The notes: generated by a model from the sequence alone, not told the origin. 64,000 bases of DNA from Christensenellaceae bacterium (GCA_045536025.1 JAZSMT010000034.1:2085-66084), one strand, 5' to 3'; shown: positions 10,037-17,440, counted from the first letter of the stretch. Numbers and translations: made by a program.

Positions 10037-10522
10037 TTATGCTGGATATATAGTATAGGCTTTATCAATAAGATAATCAGCATATATATCATCTTCGTCA
10101 TAAATGTTAAGCGTAAATTTTATCTTATTTACTTGAGTGATTCCTAATTCTTCAAAATCAGACTCAAAAAAACTTATATGTCCAACAGCTTTGCTTCCTG
10201 GCGTAACACTTTTTGCCCAGAACGGATCACACATGTAATCATTAACTGAAACATCATCTAAAGAAAACATCAAATTTTTATTAGTTTTATTTTCTAAGGA
10301 TACATTAAGTGTGTATCCATAAAATCCGTTTGGATTAACACCAGTTATTTTAAATAAGCAATTTTCATCATCAACGATTATTTGAGTATATGAGTTTTGC
10401 TCTCCACCTATGTTATTGTTATTTCCACTTGTCGAATTATCTGTGGAATCAAAACAACCTACAAATGAAAAGCACATAGCCAAAACAAGAATTATAAAAA
10501 ATAGTTTACTTAATTTTTTCAT
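10037..10522 (-). CDS. Putative lipoprotein, function unknown
   Basis: Start moved to MKKLSKLFFIILVLAMCFSFVGC (lipobox; GGAGG 5 nt upstream). No family recognised. Confidence 0.6.
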   Translation of the reverse strand: MKKLSKLFFIILVLAMCFSFVGCFDSTDNSTSGNNNNIGGEQNSYTQIIVDDENCLFKITGVNPNGFYGYTLNVSLENKTNKNLMFSLDDVSVNDYMCDPFWAKSVTPGSKAVGHISFFESDFEELGITQVNKIKFTLNIYDEDDIYADYLIDKAYTIYPA

Positions 10523-10754
10523 TTCATCCTCCATTAAAAAAGTGCGCCAACCGAAGTTAACGCACCGAAAAATGCGAAACTCCAAGTTGTCGCCAAACGA
10601 ACTTTATCGCAAGTATAAGCATAGCCATACCACCGAACGGGAGTCGCACTTTTACCAAATGGATTATGTTCGATTAGTATGACAAAATAGGGGCATAATT
10701 ATCCTATAAAAAAAGAAACTACGCCTATTTGCGACAATATTAAGTTCGTTTGGC
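10523..10754 (-). promoter_or_regulatory. ~230-nt structured leader with terminator/antiterminator upstream of the lipoprotein gene
   Basis: 13-bp long-range helix (10742-10754 with 10592-10604). 10-bp UUCG-tetraloop hairpin plus U6 at 10536-10565, directly before the Shine-Dalgarno. Competing CGCA/UGCG pairing. Confidence 0.55.
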
Positions 10755-10760
10755 ATTATT

Positions 10761-10789
10761 ATTTTAACACATATGAAAAGATTAATCAA
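10761..10789 (-). promoter_or_regulatory. sigma-A type promoter of the lipoprotein leader
   Basis: Minus-sense TTGATT, 17 nt, TAAAAT. Predicted start coincides with the 5' arm of the leader helix. Confidence 0.5.
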
Positions 10790-10810
10790 GCAGTTTTATG
10801 TGGACAAAAG

Positions 10811-10840
10811 AAAACTCGACTTGAACAAAGTCGAGTTTTA
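10811..10840. terminator. Bidirectional terminator hairpin
   Basis: AAAACTCGAC-loop-GTCGAGTTTT. Confidence 0.65.
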
Positions 10841-10844
10841 TAAG

Positions 10845-11198
10845 TTATTTTTTCTGCTTTAATGTTTTACACGAAGAAATCAACATTTTCCGTATAGCGC
10901 CACAATCGTTATTCAGTTTTTTATATTGATTTTCTTCTAAATATCCTGTTTCAGATAGCAATTCTAACTAATATTCGCTTTCAAAGCATTCTTTTAACGC
11001 TATTTCAAGTTTTGAAATAAAGTCAGCCGTTCCTTGTGCATATTGAGCTTCGTGGATATTTGCACCAATACTTGTTCCGGAACGCAATAATTGATTAGTC
11101 AATACACTTTCTTTGTTATTAGATTTAATTTCTTTAGTTATGTAAACTATATTTTTAGCAAACTCTTTTGCTTTTTCTCTTAAGACACTTTCACTCAT
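10845..11198 (-). pseudogene. Four-helix-bundle protein (23S rRNA IVS protein / Avd family) interrupted by an in-frame TAG
   Basis: The 76-aa ORF stops at TAG (10968-10970), exactly where the intact paralog (26323-26673) has Trp in ...EYWLEL. The frame continues LELLSETGYLEENQYKKLNNDCGAIRKMLISSCKTLKQKK to TAA at 10845-10847. Confidence 0.8.
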
Positions 11199-11234
11199 AA
11201 GTTAATTATAAAATATTACAAATTTTAAGTAAAG

Positions 11235-11408
11235 TGATATTGTTTGCACAGCAAACAGTTATATTTTTAGACTTAATCTAAAAGTTATATTTTGGCTACA
11301 GCCAAAGTTATATTAAATAAATCCACAACTTACCGTAGGCAAATATCACTGCCGATAGGCAATATCACTCGTCGCTAGACGAATATCACAAATCCGCTTG
11401 CGGATTTA
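11235..11408 (-). repeat. Hairpin array, heptamer type (GTGATAT/GTTATAT block then ATATCAC block)
   Basis: Plus strand: 4 x GT(G/T)ATAT and 3 x ATATCAC. Each is followed by a different perfect hairpin (TGTTTGC/GCAAACA, TTTTAGA/TCTAAAA, TTTGGC/GCCAAA, TGCC/GGCA, TCGTC/GACGA, AAATCCGC/GCGGATTT). Confidence 0.8.
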
Positions 11409-11461
11409 TTTAGTTGCCGAACCCCTTGCAGGGACTCGGCTAAAGCGTGCTTTTAATTTTA

Positions 11462-12325
11462 TTATTTGTTTTGACCGTTAGCTAGTTCGGCTTTAACTTT
11501 TAAAGGCGTTTGGGGTAAAACGAAGATATCTTGAATACTTTTTGAGTCGGTTATCTTTTTATATTTTGCGTAATCAACAGCGTCCTCATTGTCGTATTCC
11601 ATTTTTTCATACTCGCCGTCTTCGTCTTTGCTGTGATAATAAGATTCGCCGTCGAAATAATACTCAAAATCGGTATTAGCAACTAACTTACCGTCCTCTT
11701 CATTTCTATCGCCAACGTATTTTGCACGATAATAACTTTCGTCGTAACTAGCAGTGTCAATCAAAGCTTCTTGCAAAAGTTCAACCACCCCGTCGTTAAT
11801 ATAACCGAATACGCAGAACTTATCGTTAGTGAAAACTCCACTATCGGTTAAAACGATTGCAAAGCTTGCCTTTGCCGTATCGTATTTAGGCTCGCCGATT
11901 TCCGAGTCAAACTCTCTTATCATAACGAGCGCACCAGCTCTTACTTTAAGCTTAGACTCTCTGCCCGCAGAGGTAAACTCACCCTTTAAACCTTCGCCGG
12001 TATAAGCTTTTTGAACGTAATCTTCCGCAAAAGTATATCCACCAACCACTAAATAGTCTTGTTGTTTAGAAAGTACGAGTGCAGTATCGTTATAAAAACC
12101 GCTTTCTATAAGGTCGATAACCCTATCACACGTTTTGGGCGCAAAAGTTTTATATAAAGATAAAGTGGAATTGATAGTAGTAGTTCCACCGTCCACCTTA
12201 TAAGAAATGTCAAACTTCACGTCTTGAATAACGCTACCGTTTTTAGTGTAAGTGGTGCAAGCAGTCATAGAAAAGGTTAAAACCGCAATAACGAAAACCG
12301 CAAGCGCTTTAATAAATTTTTTCAT
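11462..12325 (-). CDS. Lipoprotein with cyclophilin-like (PPIase) region
   Basis: Lipobox FSMTAC. Segment CDRVIDLIESGFYNDT...VVGGY resembles the cyclophilin fold signature. Acidic C-terminal region. Confidence 0.45.
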   Translation of the reverse strand: MKKFIKALAVFVIAVLTFSMTACTTYTKNGSVIQDVKFDISYKVDGGTTTINSTLSLYKTFAPKTCDRVIDLIESGFYNDTALVLSKQQDYLVVGGYTFAEDYVQKAYTGEGLKGEFTSAGRESKLKVRAGALVMIREFDSEIGEPKYDTAKASFAIVLTDSGVFTNDKFCVFGYINDGVVELLQEALIDTASYDESYYRAKYVGDRNEEDGKLVANTDFEYYFDGESYYHSKDEDGEYEKMEYDNEDAVDYAKYKKITDSKSIQDIFVLPQTPLKVKAELANGQNK

Positions 12326-12344
12326 AATTCCTCCAAAACGGGCA

Positions 12345-13424
12345 TCACCCGTAATTATACAATAAAAATCCTAACAACCCTACTAAAGCTATACCTAATA
12401 AAGTAGCAATCAAAACCTTTAAGGGAGATATCGGCGACTTGCCAGCAACCCTCCCCGTGTTGCCGTTTATATGTACAGAGTAAAGCTTTTTGCCGTACTT
12501 ATAGTTAAGAAGATAAACGGGAAGTAAAACGTATTTATACGTCACTCCGCTATGCGTGGTAGAAACGTTTAAGTAATCTACAACGTCGTAAAAATACTTG
12601 GATAAAATGCCTCTTTTAATAGCCCCGTCCATCTTAGTTTTTGCATCGTTCCAACAGTTCTCCACCGCCCTGTTTGAACGCTTTGCCATAAAGCCAGTCA
12701 AATACTCATCGTCATACACCCTGATGGTAGAGTAATCATACGGAGATATTTTATCAAGAGTTTTTTGTGAATAACTATCGTCACCGTTAATTAAAACGTC
12801 GTTAAAAAACTCGCTGTAAGTCCCTGATATATTACGCCAAACTATATACGTTTCAGTTCGCCTGTTTTTACCCGAGCCAACCACTCTCGTATGACGCTTA
12901 CCTATTCTGCCTTGGTAGTACGACTGGGTATTACTGTCAAACGTGAACGACGGCTGATACACCCCTCTAAAATTTTCAGCGCTTAAGTTCTTTTTAAACT
13001 TTCTTGGAGCGAACAGCTTTGATTTAGCCCACTTTTTAGAAAATTCAAGCGCCGAGCTTTGAGTTACGGTAAAAGGATATACTGCGTTTGGTTTAAGCCC
13101 CGCAGTTTCTTCCGATTTTACAACGTGCGAAGTTTCGCAGTAAGGGCACTTAGTTGCCGTTTGACCACTTGTCAAAACGACTACCGCACCGCAGTTTTCA
13201 CAGCGGTAAACGGCGTTTTCGCCCTTCCAGCTCTCACCCTCGCCAAAAGCCTTTAAAATATCGACTTCTTCAACCTTTTCAGATTTTTCAAAATCCTTAA
13301 CGCTACCGCAATGGGGGCATTTAAGCATTTGAGTTTCAGGGTCGAAAACCATATTCGCACCGCAACCGTCGCACTTTGCAGTAACGGTGTCTTTCTGATG
13401 GTCAAAAGATTTATCTTCAAACAT
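12345..13424 (-). CDS. Zinc-ribbon membrane protein (YdjG-like)
   Basis: Two double CxxC ribbons (CDGCGAN...CPHCGS; CENCGAV...CPYCET) and a C-terminal TM helix. Adjacent to an SPFH gene, as in B. subtilis ydjGHI. Confidence 0.45.
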   Translation of the reverse strand: MFEDKSFDHQKDTVTAKCDGCGANMVFDPETQMLKCPHCGSVKDFEKSEKVEEVDILKAFGEGESWKGENAVYRCENCGAVVVLTSGQTATKCPYCETSHVVKSEETAGLKPNAVYPFTVTQSSALEFSKKWAKSKLFAPRKFKKNLSAENFRGVYQPSFTFDSNTQSYYQGRIGKRHTRVVGSGKNRRTETYIVWRNISGTYSEFFNDVLINGDDSYSQKTLDKISPYDYSTIRVYDDEYLTGFMAKRSNRAVENCWNDAKTKMDGAIKRGILSKYFYDVVDYLNVSTTHSGVTYKYVLLPVYLLNYKYGKKLYSVHINGNTGRVAGKSPISPLKVLIATLLGIALVGLLGFLLYNYG

Positions 13425-13427
13425 AAA

Positions 13428-13628
13428 TTATTTGTTAAGATCTCTTAAAAGGTCGTTTACGTCTATGCCGTGAACTTGAGCTGCCTCGCCGATAGTTTCA
13501 CCGTGGGCGATAGCACAACCTAAGCAGTGCATGCCGTAACCGAGTAAAATTTCAGGTGCGTTGGGGTTAGCCTCAACAGCCTCCATAATTAAAGTGTTTT
13601 CAGTAATAACTTTCTTTTCCATAATCAA
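13428..13628 (-). CDS. DUF1858-type small redox-disulfide domain protein
   Basis: 66 aa containing GMHCLGCAIAHGETIGEAA. Confidence 0.55.
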   Translation of the reverse strand: MIMEKKVITENTLIMEAVEANPNAPEILLGYGMHCLGCAIAHGETIGEAAQVHGIDVNDLLRDLNK

Positions 13629-13645
13629 TTCTCCTTATTTAGCGT

Positions 13646-14695
13646 TTATTTAAGTTTATTTCCGCAAGAGGGGCAGAACTTAGCGTTTGAGGACACCTCT
13701 TCACCGCACTCCGAGCAGAAAGCTTTTACGTTTAATTTTTCACCGCACTCGGGGCAAAACTTTGCCTTTTGCGCTACGCTTGCACCACACTTAGCGCAAG
13801 TTTTAGTTCCCTCGCCTTTTTGCTGAGGAACGTTTTGATTGGAACTTGCTGACTTGAACGCGTCGGCAAATATTTGCCCCATACCAAGCCCTGCGCCTAT
13901 TGACACGCCTGCACCAGCCATGGGATTGCCTTCGTTCTTAGCCGCGTCCTTCATAGCTTCGGCTGCGGCAACTTTCATCATAACGTCCGTCTTATCGCCC
14001 AAGATTCCAAGCTTACTCCTTTCGTCAAGCGCCTTTTCAACCTCCGAAGGAACGGACATATTCTCTATGAAAAGGTTAGTAAGTTTTAAGCCGATTTCGT
14101 TAAACTTAGCCTGAATACCCCTCTTAACGATTTCGTTAAACTCTAAGGTGTTTCCGGCGAGGTCTAACGCCGACACCTTGCTTTCACCAAGCGCGTCGGT
14201 AAGCGCTGATACAAGCATGGTTTTAAGATAGGATACGATATCGTTCGTTTTGAACGAAGAATCCGTACCGAAAAGCTCTTTTAAAAACACGGTAGGGTCG
14301 TCAACCTTAAATGCAAACGCTCCAAAACCTCTAACTCTTATAACGCCAAACTCAGGGTCGCGCATCATTATGGGGTTTTGCGTTCCCCACTTAACGTCGG
14401 TAAACTGCTTAGTATTTATAAAATAAACGTCCAAGGTTATTGGCGTTTCAAAAGCGTATTTCCAAGCGGCAAGCTTAGTAAGTATAGGAAATATATCAGT
14501 TTTAAGGTCGTAAAGGCCAGGACCAAAAACGTCCGCTATTTGACCTTTGTAAACGAATACAGCGCATTGAGATTCCCTAACCGTAAGGGTTGATTTATTA
14601 TTGACTTCTCTACCCGATTTTTTAAAGGGATATTTGTAAACTAAAGTGTTATTAGAGCTGTCGCTCCACTCGATATTAAGACGAAATAATGCCAT
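13646..14695 (-). CDS. SPFH/band-7-like protein (YdjI-like) with C-terminal zinc ribbons
   Basis: 349 aa. N-terminal region resembles the virion-core/SPFH YdjI family. C-terminus has CAKCG...CPECG...CSECG...CPSCG. Confidence 0.6.
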   Translation of the reverse strand: MALFRLNIEWSDSSNNTLVYKYPFKKSGREVNNKSTLTVRESQCAVFVYKGQIADVFGPGLYDLKTDIFPILTKLAAWKYAFETPITLDVYFINTKQFTDVKWGTQNPIMMRDPEFGVIRVRGFGAFAFKVDDPTVFLKELFGTDSSFKTNDIVSYLKTMLVSALTDALGESKVSALDLAGNTLEFNEIVKRGIQAKFNEIGLKLTNLFIENMSVPSEVEKALDERSKLGILGDKTDVMMKVAAAEAMKDAAKNEGNPMAGAGVSIGAGLGMGQIFADAFKSASSNQNVPQQKGEGTKTCAKCGASVAQKAKFCPECGEKLNVKAFCSECGEEVSSNAKFCPSCGNKLK

Positions 14696-14865
14696 AAAGT
14701 TCCTCCTAATAAAGTTTAATCATAAGATATAATTAACTATTAGTAATTATAACATACATTTTCTCGCTTTACAACAACATTTTTGCAATTTTTTGTATAT
14801 CAAACTTAACGATTTGACATTATTTAATTACAATGTTATTATTATTGTGAAAATTAGGTGAAATT

Positions 14866-16137
14866 ATGAAAATAGCAATTAAAAAGTTACCTTACGAAAA
14901 AGTTATATGCTTAAAAAAATTCAAGCATAAAAATCCTAAAAAGCCGAGCAGGCTACTTAAACTTATTATAAGGTTAATTTCAGCAAAAGCTCTTAAAAAC
15001 GTCAACTTTTCCTATGCTTTTCCGCAAAAAGATGCTATCGGCAAAGGCCCGTTTTTAATACTTATGAATCACTCAAGCTTTATTGATTTTCAAATAATAT
15101 CAAAAATCTTTCCAAAGCTTAGATACAATATCGTTTGCACTACGGATACTTTAACCGGCAAAGAGCTTTTAATGAGGTATATAGGCTGTATCCCCACTCA
15201 AAAATACGTGCACGACGTAACGCTTATAAAAGATATGGCATACGCCGTTCAAAAACTAAAAACAAGCGTGGTAATGTTTCCCGAAGCGGGCTACTCGCTT
15301 GACGGTTCAGCAACGCCTATTCCCGATGGGTTAGGTAGGCTTATTAAACTTTTAGGCGTTCCCGTAATATTTGTTAAAACTAGCGGTGCGTTTCATCACG
15401 ATCCACAGTATAACTGTTTGCAAAAAAGAAAGGTTGACGTTTCAGCCGACGTCAGCGTTTTAGTGAGTAAAGACGATATTCTCTCTAAGTCCGCAAGCGA
15501 GCTTTCAGACCTCGTTGAAAAGGCTTTTACTTTTGATAATTTCAAGTGGCAATACGATAGAAAAATTGAGATAACCGAAAATTATCGTACCGACGGGCTT
15601 GAAAGGGTTTTATATAAATGTCCAAACTGCAAAACTGAGGGAAAAACCCTTGGAAAAGGTATTCATTTTACCTGCAACGCTTGCGGTAAAATTTACGAGC
15701 TTACAACGCTTGGTAGGATGAAAGCAGTAAACGGCAAAACGGAATTTGAACATATTCCCGACTGGTATAAATGGCAACGCGCCGAGGTTAAAAAAGAGAT
15801 TATAAACGGCGATTACACTCTCGACTTAAAAGTTAGAATAATGATGATAGTTGATTATAAATGCGCGTACGACGTAGGAACTGGACGGCTTATTCATAAT
15901 AATAGCGGTTTTACCCTCACGGGGGACGACGGCGTTTTAAGCTACACTCAAGGCCCGCTAACTAGTTATTCGCTCAACTCCGATTACTACTGGTACGAAA
16001 TAGGCGACGTTATATCGTTTGGTGATAAAACCGCCCTATACTACTGTTTTCCGACTGAGCAAGGGGTTGTATCAAAGGCTCGCCTTGCAACTGAAGAGCT
16101 TTATAAAATAACAAAGCAAAGCCTTTCAAAAAATTAA
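14866..16137 (+). CDS. PlsC-family acyltransferase with internal zinc ribbon
   Basis: HX4D motif NHSSFID. CPNCKTEG...CNACGK. Paralog at 40865-42187. Confidence 0.6.
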   Translation: MKIAIKKLPYEKVICLKKFKHKNPKKPSRLLKLIIRLISAKALKNVNFSYAFPQKDAIGKGPFLILMNHSSFIDFQIISKIFPKLRYNIVCTTDTLTGKELLMRYIGCIPTQKYVHDVTLIKDMAYAVQKLKTSVVMFPEAGYSLDGSATPIPDGLGRLIKLLGVPVIFVKTSGAFHHDPQYNCLQKRKVDVSADVSVLVSKDDILSKSASELSDLVEKAFTFDNFKWQYDRKIEITENYRTDGLERVLYKCPNCKTEGKTLGKGIHFTCNACGKIYELTTLGRMKAVNGKTEFEHIPDWYKWQRAEVKKEIINGDYTLDLKVRIMMIVDYKCAYDVGTGRLIHNNSGFTLTGDDGVLSYTQGPLTSYSLNSDYYWYEIGDVISFGDKTALYYCFPTEQGVVSKARLATEELYKITKQSLSKN

Positions 16138-16146
16138 CTTTAACGC

Positions 16147-16176
16147 AAAAAACTCTCGTAAAAGCGAGAGTTTTTT
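16147..16176. terminator. Bidirectional terminator
   Basis: AAAAAACTCTCG-loop-CGAGAGTTTTTT. Confidence 0.75.
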
Positions 16177-16203
16177 AATATTATAAACTTATTAGGAACA
16201 ACC

Positions 16204-16330
16204 TTTTAAGACGCTAGAAACAAGTATAACGAGGCTCACGAAAAAGGTGAGATTGGATAGACTTTTTTGGTCATCCAAGTCCGACTTTTGAGTAGAAACA
16301 AAGTTATACGCCGTTTATAACGTTTTAAAA
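16204..16330 (+). repeat. Structured interspersed element, copy A
   Basis: Contains the blocks TTTTAAGACGCTAG, GAGGCTCAC, ATAGAC-T6-GGTCAT, GTAGAAAC and ATAACGTTTTAAAA. Stems GTATAAC/GTTATAC and TTGGAT/ATCCAA. Confidence 0.8.
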
Positions 16331-16332
16331 AT

Positions 16333-16361
16333 AAAAAAAGCATAGATCAACCCTATGCTTT
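16333..16361 (-). terminator. Intrinsic terminator of the rplJL transcript
   Basis: Minus-sense AAAGCAUAG-loop-CUAUGCUUU followed by U7. Confidence 0.7.
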
Positions 16362-16394
16362 AATTATCTAACGCAAAGCTTATACAAAGCTCTA

Positions 16395-16523
16395 TTTTAA
16401 GCCGGTAGTTTGGGTATTAGACGAGGCTCACGCAAGACGATAAGCAGAGATAGACCTTTTTGGTCATCGAGGTTTATCGGCTAAGTAGAAACGAAGTATA
16501 ATGCCCGAAATAGTGGCTTAAAA
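16395..16523 (+). repeat. Structured interspersed element, copy B (ends at the base before the rplL stop codon)
   Basis: Same blocks as copy A. Outer stem TTTTAAGCC/GGCTTAAAA, inner stem TTTGGGTATTA/TAATGCCCGAA. 107 nt identical to copy C. Confidence 0.85.
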
Positions 16524-16892
16524 TTATTCAGCAACAGCAGTAGCGCCAGCTTCTTTAAGCTTAGCAACCATCTTTTCAGCTTCGTCTTTAGCAACAGCTT
16601 CTTTAACGGTGCCAAGTTTTTCAACCATGTTCTTAGCTTCAACAAGACTAAGACCAGTAAGTTCTCTAACTGCTTTAATAACAGCGATTTTGTTTGCGCC
16701 AACTTCTTTAAGAACAACGTTGAATTCAGTCTTTTCTTCAACTGCTTCAGCTGCGGGAGCTGCAACGCCTGCTACTGCAACGGGAGCTGCTGCGCTAACG
16801 CCGAACTCTTCCTCAATTGCTTTTACTAAACTGTTAAGTTCCATAACAGTCATACCTTTAATTTCTTCTATCATTTTTGCAATATCTGCCAT
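16524..16892 (-). CDS. rplL: 50S ribosomal protein L7/L12
   Basis: 122 aa; Ala-rich hinge; contains [16 protein letters not shown]. Confidence 0.96.
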   Translation of the reverse strand: MADIAKMIEEIKGMTVMELNSLVKAIEEEFGVSAAAPVAVAGVAAPAAEAVEEKTEFNVVLKEVGANKIAVIKAVRELTGLSLVEAKNMVEKLGTVKEAVAKDEAEKMVAKLKEAGATAVAE

Positions 16893-16948
16893 TTTAAATT
16901 TCCTCTCTTTATAATTTATAATTTGTTTTTTAAGACGGTTTATTTTAA

Positions 16949-17440
16949 TTATTCGCCCATCTTCTCGGCAACTCTGTTAAGAGCAACTGCCAATCCACGA
17001 ACAAAGTTCGAAAGCGTTCCTGCAAGCATGCTGTAAAGAGCATCTTTTGAAGGAATTGCCGCTAACGCTTCTACGCCCTTTTTGTCAACGTATTCACCGT
17101 TAACGTAAGCGCTTTTTGCCACAAGTTTATTATCATACTTTTTAGCGTTATCAATTACGATTTTTGATGCGCCAGTTTCGTCGCTACCGAAAGCAACTGC
17201 GGTAGTGCCGTTAAGGTCTGCATCAAAACTGTCAACGCCGAGTTCGTTAAACGCTCTTCTAATAAGCGTGTTTTTAAGCACTTTGTATTCAACGTTGGCT
17301 TTTCTGAATTCATTACGAAGTTCAGTATCTTCTGCAACGGTTAAGCCATTGTAGTTTACTAAAACTACCGACTTACTGTCCGAAATTTTTGCCTTAATGC
17401 TTTCAACAACCTGCTTTTTAGCCTCTAAATTTGCTGACAA
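16949..17440 (-). CDS. rplJ: 50S ribosomal protein L10
   Basis: 163 aa; TTG start with GGAGG upstream; L10-like. Confidence 0.92.
   Translation of the reverse strand: MSANLEAKKQVVESIKAKISDSKSVVLVNYNGLTVAEDTELRNEFRKANVEYKVLKNTLIRRAFNELGVDSFDADLNGTTAVAFGSDETGASKIVIDNAKKYDNKLVAKSAYVNGEYVDKKGVEALAAIPSKDALYSMLAGTLSNFVRGLAVALNRVAEKMGE

Noticed and set aside
11235-11408. Hairpin arrays considered as CRISPR arrays (also 26722-26886).
   Set aside because: The constant unit is only 3-9 nt and the variable units are 9-23 nt self-complementary hairpins. The blocks switch orientation and no cas genes are in the window. This is not CRISPR architecture.
16147-16176. The same stem AAACTCTCG/CGAGAGTTT occurs in the terminators next to element copies A (16147-16176) and D (60461-60489), possibly as part of the element.
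   Set aside because: 9-bp identity is within chance expectation for a 64-kb window. Several other terminators here also start AAAACTC..., and copies B and C have unrelated neighbouring hairpins.
16204-16523. 128-nt element as a known small self-cleaving ribozyme, an M-box, or a retron ncRNA.
   Set aside because: The hammerhead core CUGAUGA...GAAA is not present in either strand (only GAAAC is). No twister, pistol or hatchet signatures that I can recall are present. The resemblance of UUAGACGAGGCUC to the M-box GUUAGGUGAGGCUCC is limited to about 10 nt, and the rest of the M-box is missing. No RT gene is nearby for a retron.
16481-16914. ORFs 16481-16765 (-) and 16609-16914 (+) overlapping rplL.
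   Set aside because: Alternative-frame or antisense artefacts of the Ala/Lys/Glu-rich rplL sequence. The repetitive L/K/T/S translations are typical of frame shadows.
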